DNA of 63,002 nt, the filler included. It is 14 parts of 14 records of this genome, joined end to end, with 100 filler letters (N's around TTAATTAATTAA, not from the genome) between each part and the next. Parts side by side here need not be neighbours in the genome. Positions count along the whole stretch, not along the records: positions 8,055 to 13,611 come from SRR11831586_594; positions 13,712 to 18,039 come from SRR11831586_605; positions 18,140 to 21,073 come from SRR11831586_628; positions 21,174 to 29,198 come from SRR11831586_635; 10 more parts are not named here. One strand, written 5' to 3'. The translations under genes and the position numbers were made by a program. The notes below the pieces were generated by a model. That model was not told the DNA's origin, made no database searches, and was given only the letters and a program-made list of their open reading frames with translations. Shown in pieces: positions 11,467 through 23,379 of the stretch (position 1 is the stretch's first letter; every line of letters begins with the position of its first letter).

Positions 11467-11796
11467 ATGCTGATCTTCGAAGGTAAAGAGATAGAAACGG
11501 ATACCGAAGGCTATCTCAAAGAAAGCAGCCAGTGGAGTGAGCCGCTGGCTGTGGTGATTGCAGAGAACGAAGGGATTTCGCTGTCACCGGAACACTGGGA
11601 AGTGGTGCGTTTTGTGCGTGATTTCTATCTGGAATTCAATACTTCTCCGGCGATTCGTATGCTGGTAAAAGCGATGGCGAATAAATTTGGCGAAGAAAAA
11701 GGTAACAGCCGCTATTTATACCGACTGTTTCCGAAAGGTCCGGCTAAGCAAGCCACCAAAATTGCTGGCCTGCCAAAACCGGTAAAATGTATTTAA
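11467..11796 (+). CDS. tusE: Sulfur carrier TusE (DsrC family), 109 aa
   Basis: C-terminal [10 protein letters not shown]. Confidence 0.95.
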
Positions 11797-12071
11797 CGGA
11801 TACGAAAATCGGTTAATTCCCCCGAGGGATGATGCGGCTCGCTGAGCACCCGTTCTACACGCGCAGAACGCGGGCCGCCACTCTTTAACCACTGCATTAA
11901 TTTTTCCACCTGCCCTTCTTCACCGCAAGCAACCACTTCCACGCTGCCATCGTCAAGATTTTTGGCGTACCCGGTTAAACCCAGTCTTTTCGCTTCGTAC
12001 TGTGTGGTGTAGCGAAATCCTACGCCCTGAACTCGCCCGTAAACCCAGGCAATTATGCAGACTTTCGACAT
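11793..12071 (-). CDS. yccX: Acylphosphatase, 92 aa
   Basis: GRVQGVGFR and NLDDGSVE motifs. Confidence 0.95.
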
Positions 12072-12165
12072 TGCTGCTCTCCTTATCCTTAATGGACGCG
12101 TTGCAAATCCATGGAAAACTCCGGACAATGACGCCCATTTCTTTGCATCGACAGAAAAGTAAATT

Positions 12166-13356
12166 ATGAGTGTACGTTTAGTGTTAGCCAAAGGGCGCGA
12201 AAAATCATTACTTCGTCGCCATCCGTGGGTCTTTTCCGGGGCCGTTGCCCGCATGGAAGGTAAAGCCAGCCTCGGTGAAACCATCGATATTGTTGATCAT
12301 CAGGGAAAATGGTTAGCACGCGGCGCTTATTCGCCAGCTTCGCAAATCCGGGCGCGCGTCTGGACGTTTGACCCGTCTGAGTCTATCGACATTGCTTTTT
12401 TTTCCCGCCGTTTGCAACAAGCACAAAAATGGCGTGACTGGCTGGCGCAAAAAGATGGCCTCGACAGCTATCGTTTAATCGCCGGAGAATCTGATGGCCT
12501 GCCGGGTATTACTATCGATCGTTTCGGTAATTTTCTGGTGCTGCAACTGCTGAGTGCTGGGGCAGAATATCAGCGCGCGGCATTAATTAGTGCCCTGCAA
12601 ACGCTGTACCCGGAATGTTCGATTTACGATCGCAGCGACGTCGCGGTACGTAAAAAAGAAGGAATGGAGCTGACCCAGGGCCCCGTCACCGGCGAGTTGC
12701 CACCTGCCCTGCTGCCGATTGAAGAACACGGAATGAAACTGCTGGTGGATATTCAGCACGGACACAAAACGGGCTACTACCTGGACCAGCGTGATAGCCG
12801 CCTGGCTACCCGCCGCTACGTTGAAAATAAACGTGTGCTGAACTGTTTCTCCTATACCGGTGGTTTCGCCGTATCGGCACTGATGGGCGGTTGCAGCCAG
12901 GTTGTCAGCGTTGATACCTCCCAGGAAGCGCTGGATATTGCACGGCAGAACGTTGAGCTGAACAAACTGGATCTGAGCAAGGCTGAGTTTGTCCGTGATG
13001 ATGTCTTTAAATTGCTGCGTACTTATCGCGATCGCGGTGAAAAATTTGACGTTATCGTGATGGACCCGCCGAAGTTTGTTGAGAATAAAAGCCAGTTGAT
13101 GGGCGCGTGTCGTGGTTATAAAGACATCAACATGCTGGCGATTCAGCTGCTGAATGAAGGCGGTATTCTCCTGACTTTCTCCTGTTCCGGTCTGATGACC
13201 AGCGATTTATTTCAGAAAATCATCGCGGATGCCGCAATTGATGCCGGTCGTGATGTACAATTTATAGAGCAGTTCCGTCAGGCAGCCGATCATCCGGTGA
13301 TCGCTACCTATCCGGAAGGGCTATATCTGAAAGGGTTTGCCTGTCGCGTCATGTAA
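12166..13356 (+). CDS. rlmI: 23S rRNA m5C1962 methyltransferase
   Basis: [31 protein letters not shown]. Confidence 0.96.
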
Positions 13357-13611
<255 letters not shown>

Positions 13612-13756
13612 NNNNNNNNNNNNNNNNNNNNNNNNNNNNNNNNNNNNNNNNNNNNTTAATTAATTAANNNNNNNNNNNNNNNNNNNNNNNNNNNNNNNNN
13701 NNNNNNNNNNNTGTGTATGTGTGTGTGTATGCGTGTGTATGCTCCGGCTTACGAAC

Positions 13757-16700
13757 CTGACAGCGAGCACACGCCCAAGCACGCACAGGCTGCGGCCTGC
13801 ACCATTTCCGAGCGTGACTGAAGGAGACCCACTAGGGGACGCACACCGCTCAGCTTGGCCACCTCCACACGAGTCGCTTCATCTACGTCACAGATGTCAG
13901 AAACGAGAATACGAATCTGACCATATGCTACTGTTTTGTAAACGCACAGCACACGCACATTTACACGTATGTGTTACCAACATAGAAATATGCATGATAA
14001 ACCCGCAAGCACAATACATTCAGTACGCCGCAAAGGGGCGTTGTAAGTGCGTTACCTTTATCCGCACAGTGCTGGAGCGCCTGCAAGGCAGACTTGCGCG
14101 TAGAGTCACTCGCCCGTGAGAGAAGGGAGATCAGTCGCTTGAGACCACCCAATGTGCGAATCTCAATCTTGTTCTTTTCTGCGCACCACCACAACCACAA
14201 CGCATGTACATCACACCACCACTCAATGAGAGACAGACATAATACAGTAGTCACATTCTTAACCAATCACCAAGCACTGACAACCAAACAACAGAAATAT
14301 ACATCATCAACAAAACAAGGGACTGGACATATCGCAAAGCACTACAACACACACTCACCAACACCACCACCACCGACACCACCACAACATACCTTCCAGG
14401 GCCAGATTTGCCACAGCCATGCAGGCATACTCCACAACTTCGTCTGTGTTGGACCCCAGTAGGTTGAGCAGCGCACGCACACCACCCAGTTTACGCACTT
14501 CGACTTTGGTGGCCGCTGGTGGGATCGCACACATTAGATGAGCAGATGAAGGTAAAGAGAGGACAAGCACATGAATGTGGGTTATTGGGACGAGTACAAG
14601 AGCGGCGCGCAACCAGGCAAAACACCATCATCTCAAAACAGAGCGCAAACTGTACACAAAAGTGACTGCATAAAGCGCATACCGCTCGAGCAGCAGTTCG
14701 CGATGACCATGCAGCTAAACTTTTGCACATCCGTGGTGTGTGCGGTCAGCAGCGGGACCATGGATTTCATCGCACCGCATTTACGAACCGACTCCGCGGC
14801 GGCTTCATTCGCACCTATTATTTAACGGAGAGAAAAGTGTGCGAGAAACGCACAAACCCAGAGAGTAAGCAAAGCTTCTGAACAAACACATCCGTTTCAT
14901 AAAACAACCGCCCCAGAGATTCGTTACCCACACACCAACATCGGTCCCCTGCCAAGTTGAGACCAGCGCATACAACACACGCACACACACACACAAACAT
15001 CGCGTACCAGAGATGTTCCCCAGCGCAAGACACACGGGCTCCCACAGCTGCTCGTCCCCACCTGACAGCAGCGAGAGGAGCTGCGGCACAGCGCCGTGCT
15101 GAATCGCAGCCACCGCACAGTCCTCTGCAATACACGCACACACATACACACACAGAACACACAACGAGGGTGAGCAAGAGGCGAAGAAGAACGCAATGTG
15201 CTACTAACCCCAATCAAAACATACACAGATTGTAGCGGTTGCAATGGTACGAACTGCGATTCAGTAAAACAGACGGACATACACACGGATACGCAATCCT
15301 ACACCCGGTATCATGGCACACACCGTCATAACAACAGTTCCCGATGGCCAGCGCGACCGCCATCAACACATCTGGGGCTTTGGTGACATGCAATAAGTTT
15401 GTCAGCACATCCATGCCACCCGTGCTGAGAACATGCGCGCCAGCACCCTCTGTGCGACACGGGTCAGTATACGCACATACAAATACACAAATACATACAC
15501 ACATACTAGACTGCGATTAATCACCTTACCTGCATGGAGCACAGACACACACACACACGACACATGCATACACCCTCTCACACATGATCATCAATAACGC
15601 AGAAGCTGCGTACATGCCTGAATGTGCGATGCTCGCAAGAGCCAGCGTGGCGGCACGAATCGTGGCGCTGTCATCCGTGCGGCCCAACAATTGCACTAGC
15701 GCCACACTCCCAGTCTCCGCCGCAGCTCGCTTGCACTCATCATCTGGCACGCGACATGTCAGAGAAGCAAGGGACCCCGAGAACGGTCAATACCCACATT
15801 GGCCACTCAACAAAACACAAGGTACCCAGAGAGAACCCCCTTTGAGATCTTACGGGCCTCGTACCATCGTATACCGCTGTCATGACCGCCACGGCCACAT
15901 TTCTTGCAACAGCGGCATCCCCCGAGCTCAGCTGACCGATCAAAGCCGGCAGAATGCCCTTTGCAATCAATTCCGGCCTCACCGCAGGATCTGCATGATT
16001 CGAAGAAAAATATGAACACGAAAACCGTAATTAGTGTTACCGGCATATATCAAGCAGCAAACGCTAAGGCGAATCAGAAGGCCAGCGCCCCAACATACAC
16101 CGGTTCTTGTCAGCGTACATGATTCGATAATGGACGAGACCAAGAGGGCTGCACTTGAGACCACCTCCACATCCTCCGCGTTCAGCAGCTCCACCAGCCG
16201 AACCAGCCCGCCCAACGCACAGAATTTCTCGGAACAATCCGCTACCGCAAGAAAATCAGACCCCAAGGACTGCATAATGTGGTCTACTCCACTACACTAA
16301 AACGTACTGTAGGTGCACACGGTCGTTAAGAGGGAGAGAGCGCTGAAGGCGGCCCCGTTCGGACCCAGCAGTGAGAACAGATGCACCATCGCATCCGACT
16401 GTGAGACCTCGGGCCAGCCTTGCTTGTCCGCTGTAAAATTATTGACGCGGGTTTAGATCAGTGATTGATGTGCGGGAGAACCACAAAACAAAAATTGTAG
16501 AAGGTTGATAGGGGAAGGACATGACTGAGTGAAACACATACGATGTAAAGGCAACATGCATTCTAATTATCAACAACACAAGCACGCACACACACGTACG
16601 CAAGCAGCACGAGATGTATGCCTGCAAGCACGCCGATCTCGCCTCGTTGTCTTCCACGGACTCGCTTGCGCTCAGGGCCGTCTTCAGCACGTTATGGCGC

Positions 16701-17861
16701 CCACGCAGCTCCGCATGCACAGATTCTAAACGCACGAACGGTTTTTGCGATGTGAGACACAGAGTGACTGTTTACGAAGCCAACTACACATACGGTCAAA
16801 AAAAGAGGGCGCTAGCAGTACAACAAAAAAACAAGAAAAACGGAGCACTAGCAGGACATCATCATCTTCCTTGTAACAAACGTACCGTGCTGCGCGCTTG
16901 CGTCGATGCACTGCGCCGCCAATGTGACAAAGGCCGCGTTCTTGGAGGACAGCAGACCCACAATGGTTTTCAATCCGCCCACCTTGGCCACTTCTTCGGC
17001 ACACTCCGCTACACCAACAAAACGAAACATCAAATTCACGGAAACAACCTGTTACTCACACTAACTAAAAAAGTGCATGGTAACCGAGTCTAACGAAGCA
17101 TCCAGCCACAGCGCAGCGTCCCACACCCAACAATTTTGATGCCACGGACGGCTCCCCACAGGACATGAACGGAGTGCTCGGCTGGCAGCACATACCTTCA
17201 CGACAGCAGAACGTGAGCGCCCACAGAGCCCAGTTCACGACCTCCGGATTCTTGTGTGTGAGGAGTGTATTCAGGGCACGTACACCACCCGCCTTGCGAA
17301 TGTCCACAGCTACATCATCTACAAAACAAAGGGAAACACAAACGTATCAGTGCGATGTACTCGCGGGTTTGGTTCATACTCCCCTCCCCGATGCGATAGA
17401 AACGCCGCACAGGCAAACCAGCGGCTACTAAACGGCTGTACGCGAACGCCACACTCGCAGATGATGGCGTACCGACAGCAGCACAAAAACCGAGAAGGAT
17501 GGAAGAATTGACCAGCAGTTCGGCAGAGGCGCTCTCGATCATGTACTGCACAACGGAGCGCACACCGCCGCACCGCCTCACCTCCAGTACGTTTTTGACA
17601 TCCGCTGCAGTGCAATAACTGTTAGTACATGCTCCTCCACACAGTGTAACGCATATGTGTACACTGTGATTCGCAAGGTTAGATGTGTTGAGTGGATCAC
17701 TCACATTCAAAACTGGCGTCCAAATGAATTACCTTCCGCGCAGCAACGCCCCATGGCCCATATGGCCGCGTTCTTGGTGTCCATCGACAGGTCCGTACTG
17801 CCGAGCGCATTGATCAGACGTTCGACCACTCGGAATCGCACCGAGTCCGCTCGCATGGCTC
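13757..17861 (-). CDS. Eukaryotic armadillo-repeat protein, internal fragment of 15 exons (626 codons). Exons 5'->3': 17861-17733, 17604-17473, 17318-17196, 17008-16886, 16725-16600, 16430-16308, 16241-16119, 15990-15865, 15743-15618, 15449-15324, 15124-15008, 14814-14683, 14515-14393, 14178-14056, 13882-13757
   Basis: Each exon has an AG acceptor and a GT donor (one GC). The spliced frame is stop-free with ARM motifs such as IRKAGGVRALNTLL, VRKLGGVRALLNLLGS...ACMAVANLA and IRTLGGLKRLISLL. Confidence 0.85.
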
Positions 17862-17870
17862 CTGCGCGAA

Positions 17871-17891
17871 GAGAGAGAGAGAGAGAGAGAG
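17871..17891 (-). repeat. (TC)n microsatellite (minus strand) forming the polypyrimidine tract of the first ARM exon in the contig
   Basis: gagagagaga run on +, next to the acceptor at 17862-17863. Confidence 0.8.
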
Positions 17892-18139
17892 TTATCGGTC
17901 AGCACGCTACCGATACAGAACATTCGCATGCAACACACAGCTCCACAACGTGTTGCTTTCACATATCCCCTCTCAACCCCTCCCCCCCCCAACGAAACAC
18001 AATTACGACCCCACTCTGACAAAGTCCTAAGGCTGTGCGNNNNNNNNNNNNNNNNNNNNNNNNNNNNNNNNNNNNNNNNNNNNTTAATTAATTAANNNNN
18101 NNNNNNNNNNNNNNNNNNNNNNNNNNNNNNNNNNNNNNN

Positions 18140-18195
18140 TGTGTGCGGGTTAATTCATATTTATCAGTAAAATAGTTTTCGTCACGAATGATCAT
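18140..18195 (-). CDS. tehB: Tellurite methyltransferase TehB, 5' fragment
   Basis: [22 protein letters not shown] overlap with the tehA stop. Confidence 0.85.
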
Positions 18196-19184
18196 TCTTT
18201 GTCCTCTGCTTTCATTAAAACGGCGCGCTCGGTTCTGACTAACAATTTTCCCTGCATCAGAAGCGCAAAAGTACGGATGAGCAGTATTGCAATAATAAAA
18301 TTGGTAAAGATAAACAGCGGCACCGCCAGCGTATGGAAAAATCCATTATCGCTGCCACTCCCCAGATGCAAACCGGTGGTTGCCAGTGCAGATACGCCGA
18401 ACGAGAAACTCCAGAATGAAGCATTAAATGGCTGGGAGAGATACCATGGCATCAGACGTAGCATAAACAGCAGTTGCAGCAGTCCATAACCGAAAAGCAT
18501 TTTCGCCAGCGTGTCACCCTCGCCGCCGTTGACGCTCAGCCAGGCACTACAAGCCACCAGCGCAGGAGCGAGCTGAATGCCGAGTGATGTCCGCAGTGCC
18601 GTGGGTAATTCTCCCGAACTGCGCAGACGCTGCAAGATCACCGGTTCAAGGCTTAGCCATGAGAAAACGCCTGCGCCTAAAAACACCAGACCGGCGTCGG
18701 TGTAGCCCAACGCACCACAGGCCATTGCGCTGATAAAGTTGTTGGCAACTGTCGGCAGATACAGTCCAGGCGTGGTAGCTTCTTCAGGGTGAGATCCGCG
18801 CCATAATCCCGCAGTTTGCCAGGCGGCATAAGCCAACTGAACCACGACACCAAAACTGAACAGGCACACCGCCAGTGGGCGAAACCACGGAACAAAACCA
18901 ATCGCCACCAGCATCGTCGTTGCCGGAAACAAACTCACAAAACTGCTCAGCACTGGATGGCGAACTTCCGCCAGCACGCTATGCGGAAAGCGTATGAGTC
19001 GGGCAATAAATGCGCTAGTCAATAATCCCCAGATGATCATCGCCAGAATCACCAGCCCATCCCCTAACCAGTGGCTGACCTGCCAAACCTGGCTGGCATA
19101 GCGCCAGGCAAATCCCATCCCTATCGTCCCCAACACAATACCAAAGTAGCCTGCCGGCAAATTGAGCACTTTATCGCTCTGCAT
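18192..19184 (-). CDS. tehA: TehA (TDT/SLAC1 family), 330 aa
   Basis: [22 protein letters not shown]. Confidence 0.95.
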
Positions 19185-19210
19185 CTTCTTACTCATTTTG
19201 TTTAATTTAT

Positions 19211-19233
19211 AAAGTATATTTGAAATGCATTTT
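19211..19233. promoter_or_regulatory. NsrR-like 11-1-11 inverted repeat upstream of tehA
   Basis: AAAGTATATTT-G-AAATGCATTTT versus consensus AAGATGYATTT-N-AAATRCATCTT. Confidence 0.5.
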
Positions 19234-19307
19234 ATGGAATTTTCTCGAGCATAGCCAGAGCCGCAGAATTTGCTACGGTTATAGTAAGTCACCTGTGGGA
19301 AAACGCT

Positions 19308-20288
19308 ATGCGCAAATATCGTCTAAGTGAAGAACAGCGAGCCTTTAGTTATCAGGAAGATGGCACTAAAAAAAATGTGTTATTACGGCAGATTATCGCC
19401 ATTAGCGATTTTAACGATGTGATAGCAGGAACCGCTGGCGGCTGGATCGATCGCGAAACGGTGTTAGCACAAGAAGGAAATTGCTGGATTTACGACCAGA
19501 ATGCTATTGCGTTCGGCGGAGCGGTGATTTCCGGTAATACGCGTATCACCGGCACCAGCGTGCTGTGGGGAGAGGTTTACGCAACGGATAACGTCTGGAT
19601 CGATAATAGTGAAATCAGCCAGGGTGCATATATAAGTGACAGCGTCACCATTCATGACTCATTAGTTTACGGGCAATGTAGAATATTTGGTCACGCCTTA
19701 ATTGATCAACATTCTATGATCGTCGCCGCACAAGGCTTAACGCCCGACCATCAACTCCTGCTCCAAATTTATGATCGCGCAAGGGTTAGCGCCTCGCGTA
19801 TTGTCCACCAGGCACAAATTTATGGCGATGCCGTCGTCCGGTATGCTTTTATTGAACATCGCGCCGAAGTTTTTGATTTTGCCAGTATTGAAGGTAATGA
19901 AGAGAACAATGTCTGGCTATGCGATTGCGCTAAAGTCTACGGTCACGCGCAGGTGAAAGCTGGCATAGAAGAAGATGCCATTCCGACGATTCATTACAGT
20001 TCGCAGGTGGCGGAATATGCCATTGTGGAAGGTAATTGTGTGTTAAAACATCATGTCTTGGTTGGCGGAAATGCCGTGGTACGTGGCGGACCGATTCTGC
20101 TCGACGAGCACGTTGTCATACAAGGTGAGAGCCGTATTACAGGTGCGGTGATAATTGAAAACCATGTGGAGTTAACCGACCACGCCGTCGTTGAAGCCTT
20201 TGATGGCGACACGGTTCATGTCCGTGGTCCAAAAGTCATTAACGGCGAGGAGCGCATTACGCGAACGCCGCTGGCAGGGTTATTGTGA
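19308..20288 (+). CDS. ydcK: Hexapeptide-repeat (beta-helix) putative acyltransferase YdcK
   Basis: 326 aa; GGWID...GNCWIYD and repeated xxIxGxA motifs. Confidence 0.9.
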
Positions 20289-20819
20289 ATCGATAATACG
20301 CGCGTATAAGTTCACATCATCATAGGCATCATTCAGGAACTCAGCCTGTTTCAGGCAACCTTCAAGGATAAAACCATTGCGCAAAGCGACCTGGTTGCTT
20401 TGCGGATTGTCCACCCGACATTTGATCACGAAGCGTCTAAGTTCACCAGACTGGGCGTAATGATGAATCAATGCCTGCAGCGCCTGAGAAATGATCCCCT
20501 GCCCCTGATGAGATTCGTCCAGCCAGTAGCCTATTTCAGCGGTTTTATTCAGTGGTTCAATACGATTAAACGAGATAACGCCGATAAGTTCATCTTCTTT
20601 GAAAATCATGAACATTTTGGCATAGCCGCGTTGATGCAACATCACATTACCCTGCACCGTTTTTCGCGTGTCCTCTTCACTTTGAACAAACTGCGGCCAG
20701 TTTAGCGACTGCTGTAACCAGGTTTTATTTTTACAGATTAACTGATAAAGAGGTTTGACGTGATTTTCTGCAACAGCATGTAATTCAAGTGATTCGCTTA
20801 CTTTTATCGTTTCAGTCAT
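20280..20819 (-). CDS. rimL: Ribosomal protein L7/L12 N-acetyltransferase, 179 aa
   Basis: GNAT motifs AEIGYWL and QGQGI. Confidence 0.95.
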   Translation of the reverse strand: MTETIKVSESLELHAVAENHVKPLYQLICKNKTWLQQSLNWPQFVQSEEDTRKTVQGNVMLHQRGYAKMFMIFKEDELIGVISFNRIEPLNKTAEIGYWLDESHQGQGIISQALQALIHHYAQSGELRRFVIKCRVDNPQSNQVALRNGFILEGCLKQAEFLNDAYDDVNLYARIIDSQ

Positions 20820-20848
20820 CTTATCTCCAGTCAATCCATGCAGTTGTT

Positions 20849-20873
20849 AAAAAAGCCGCCTGGCTGGCGGCTT
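20849..20873 (-). terminator. Terminator after ydcH
   Basis: aagccgcc-agcca-ggcggctt followed by a T-run on the minus strand. Confidence 0.65.
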
Positions 20874-20881
20874 AGGAAAGT

Positions 20882-21073
20882 TTACACCTCTTTGACGCTC
20901 TCCTGCTGCAGGATTTTGAGCATCTCATCTTTTAACTGTAGCTTTTGTTTTTTCATGCGGACCACTTCCGCATTGTACCCTCGACCGTCGGAACCTTCCT
21001 TTCTGGCAATTTCATGATCAAGTTTATTGTGTTTATCGAACAAGGACATAAAGCGAGGATTTTCGTTTTTCAG
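20882..21073 (-). CDS. ydcH: DUF465 protein YdcH, 5'-truncated
   Basis: LKNENPRFMSLFDKHNKLDHEI...MKKQKLQLKDEM...KEV*. Confidence 0.85.
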   Translation of the reverse strand: MKNENPRFMSLFDKHNKLDHEIARKEGSDGRGYNAEVVRMKKQKLQLKDEMLKILQQESVKEV

Positions 21074-21175
21074 NNNNNNNNNNNNNNNNNNNNNNNNNNN
21101 NNNNNNNNNNNNNNNNNTTAATTAATTAANNNNNNNNNNNNNNNNNNNNNNNNNNNNNNNNNNNNNNNNNNNNTA

Positions 21176-21469
21176 AGTGGCTTTGGCAATATGCTGTTTA
21201 TGGCGTTAATCGGCATTGTGCTGGCATCGCTGGTCAACTTCTGGTTGAAAAGCGAAGCATTGATGTGGGCAGTTACCTACATCGGCGTGATTGTCTTTGT
21301 CGGATTGACGGCGTATGACACGCAGAAACTGAAAAATATGGGTGAGCAGATTGATACCCGCGACACGTCGAACCTGCGCAAATATTCCATTCTTGGCGCG
21401 TTAACCTTGTATCTGGACTTCATCAACCTGTTCCTGATGTTGTTGCGGATCTTCGGCAACCGCCGTTAA
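21176..21469 (+). CDS. ybhL: BAX inhibitor-1 family membrane protein YbhL, 3' fragment
   Basis: GLTAYDTQKLK; GALTLYLDFINLFL. Confidence 0.92.
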   Translation, partial: SGFGNMLFMALIGIVLASLVNFWLKSEALMWAVTYIGVIVFVGLTAYDTQKLKNMGEQIDTRDTSNLRKYSILGALTLYLDFINLFLMLLRIFGNRR

Positions 21470-21487
21470 TTCTTTTTCACCATCACT

Positions 21488-21514
21488 ATCCCGGCCATGT
21501 GTCGGGATTTTTTT
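21488..21514 (+). terminator. Terminator after ybhL
   Basis: atcccggc-catgt-gtcgggat followed by a T-run. Confidence 0.7.
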
Positions 21515-21673
21515 CTTACTAAAAACGACACTTAACAAGTACCAGGTATAAAATATGCCTTATGGACGAGCGGAAGCGTTTTCTGTATCCATAAATGCAA
21601 AAGTATTTTGTATGCGTGGTTTTAAATTTATTGATGGTGAATATTAATATTTTTTCTAAGGATAACTAAAAGA

Positions 21674-22387
21674 ATGGAATCATACTCGCAAAACAGCAAT
21701 AAATTAGATTTTCAGCACGAGGCCAGGATATTAAACGGTATATGGCTCATTACCGCTTTAGGTTTGGTGGCAACCGCAGGACTAGCCTGGGGAGCTAAGT
21801 ATATCGAAATTACGGCAACCAAATATGATTCACCACCAATGTATGTCGCCATAGGGTTATTATTACTTTGTATGTATGGCTTAAGTAAGGATATCAACAA
21901 GATAAATGCCGCCATCGCGGGCGTAATATATCTGTTTTTACTCTCTTTGGTGGCGATTGTCGTTGCAAGTTTAGTTCCTGTATATGCCATTATCATCGTG
22001 TTCAGCACTGCGGGCGCGATGTTTTTAATCAGTATGCTGGCCGGTTTATTATTTAATGTTGATCCTGGTTCTCACCGTTTTATCATTATGATGACGTTGA
22101 CAGGGTTGGCCCTGGTAATCATCGTGAATGCGGCATTAATGAGTGAACGGCCCATTTGGATAATAAGTTGCTTAATGATTGTGTTATGGTCAGGCATTAT
22201 CTCGCATGGACGAAATAAGCTCCTTGAATTGGCGGGGAAATGCCATAGTGAAGAGTTGTGGAGTCCGGTTCGTTGCGCTTTTACAGGTGCATTAACACTC
22301 TATTACTATTTTATCGGCTTCTTTGGGATACTTGCCGCGATAGCTATAACGCTTGTCTGGCAAAGGCATACGCGTTTTTTTCATTAG
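21674..22387 (+). CDS. ybhM: BAX inhibitor-1 family membrane protein YbhM
   Basis: 237 aa, hydrophobic, AT-rich; GALTLYYYF; synteny. Confidence 0.88.
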   Translation: MESYSQNSNKLDFQHEARILNGIWLITALGLVATAGLAWGAKYIEITATKYDSPPMYVAIGLLLLCMYGLSKDINKINAAIAGVIYLFLLSLVAIVVASLVPVYAIIIVFSTAGAMFLISMLAGLLFNVDPGSHRFIIMMTLTGLALVIIVNAALMSERPIWIISCLMIVLWSGIISHGRNKLLELAGKCHSEELWSPVRCAFTGALTLYYYFIGFFGILAAIAITLVWQRHTRFFH

Positions 22388-22422
22388 CCGTAAATGCACA
22401 TACTAAAGAACTTAACTAAACT

Positions 22423-23379
22423 TCACATCGCCGCTTCATTTTTCGCCCGTAGCTTCTTCGCCTGGCTTTCCAGCAACAGGTAACAGATCAGCGCCAGCAG
22501 CAGTGGGATAAAGTAATACAGCACACGGTAAGCGAGTAGGGCGGCGATAATTGTACCTTTGGAGGTATGCTCCCCAGCCAGTAGTGCGATAAACACCGCT
22601 TCCAGCACACCGATCCCCGCCGGAATATGCACGATGACGCCAGCAATACTACTAACCAGTAACACGCCCAGTACAAAGAAATAGTTCACGCTTTGACCAA
22701 GTAACAGCCAGATAATCGCCCCCATTACCATCCAGTTAACGCTGGAAATCAGCATCTGAGCGAGGGCGAATTTCCATGAAGGCAGCACCAGCTTTTGCCC
22801 TTTGATGGTCATATGGCGGTGCTTCGCGAAAGCGCAAAACCACAAATAAACCGCGATAATCATCAGTAAGCCAATGCCGAGAATACGCAGCGTAGTTTGA
22901 TCGACATACCAGTGATCCGGCAACTCCACCACGCCTGCGGTAAAGATAATCCCTGCCAGTAAAATGTAGCCCAGCCAGTTGGTGGTAATACTGAGCGAGA
23001 AAATCCGCGTAATAGTGCTACCGGGCAACCCCAGACGAGAGTACAAACGATAGCGCATACCAATGCCGCCGACCCAGGTACTGAGCGTCAGGTTGAAGGC
23101 GTAGCAGATAAACGACACCAGCATCACCTGGCGCTTCGCCAGTTTGTGACCGCAGTAAAAGCGGGCGAGCAGGTCATAGCAGCCGTAAATCAGATAGCTG
23201 ACGACCACCAGCCCGACCGCACTAAGCAGCGCAACGCGATTGTAGTCGCGGATGACCTTCCAGACCTCTTCCCAGTCCACTTTTTTGGCGTAGACCACCA
23301 GCAACACAATCACCGCGATAAAAAACAGCCAGGTGAGGATCTTCTTTGCTAAGCGCCAGCGCGGGTGTGATTTACTCAT
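22423..23379 (-). CDS. ybhN: Inner membrane protein YbhN (lysylphosphatidylglycerol synthase TM-like)
   Basis: RYRLYS and IPAGIGVLE motifs; synteny. Confidence 0.9.
   Translation of the reverse strand: MSKSHPRWRLAKKILTWLFFIAVIVLLVVYAKKVDWEEVWKVIRDYNRVALLSAVGLVVVSYLIYGCYDLLARFYCGHKLAKRQVMLVSFICYAFNLTLSTWVGGIGMRYRLYSRLGLPGSTITRIFSLSITTNWLGYILLAGIIFTAGVVELPDHWYVDQTTLRILGIGLLMIIAVYLWFCAFAKHRHMTIKGQKLVLPSWKFALAQMLISSVNWMVMGAIIWLLLGQSVNYFFVLGVLLVSSIAGVIVHIPAGIGVLEAVFIALLAGEHTSKGTIIAALLAYRVLYYFIPLLLALICYLLLESQAKKLRAKNEAAM

Noticed and set aside
15507-15529. 23-nt or 5-nt mini-exon after the internal AG in ARM intron 9
   Set aside because: Each combination with the upstream donors gives a stop codon or a frameshift into the next exon
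13721-18022. Many 60-160 aa ORFs rich in C, V, H and T in the eukaryotic contigs
   Set aside because: Translations of (GT)n/(CA)n-rich introns or of antisense exons
13612-18139. Eukaryote-to-E. coli (or reverse) horizontal transfer
   Set aside because: Every eukaryote/bacterium boundary is a linker, so there is no physical junction
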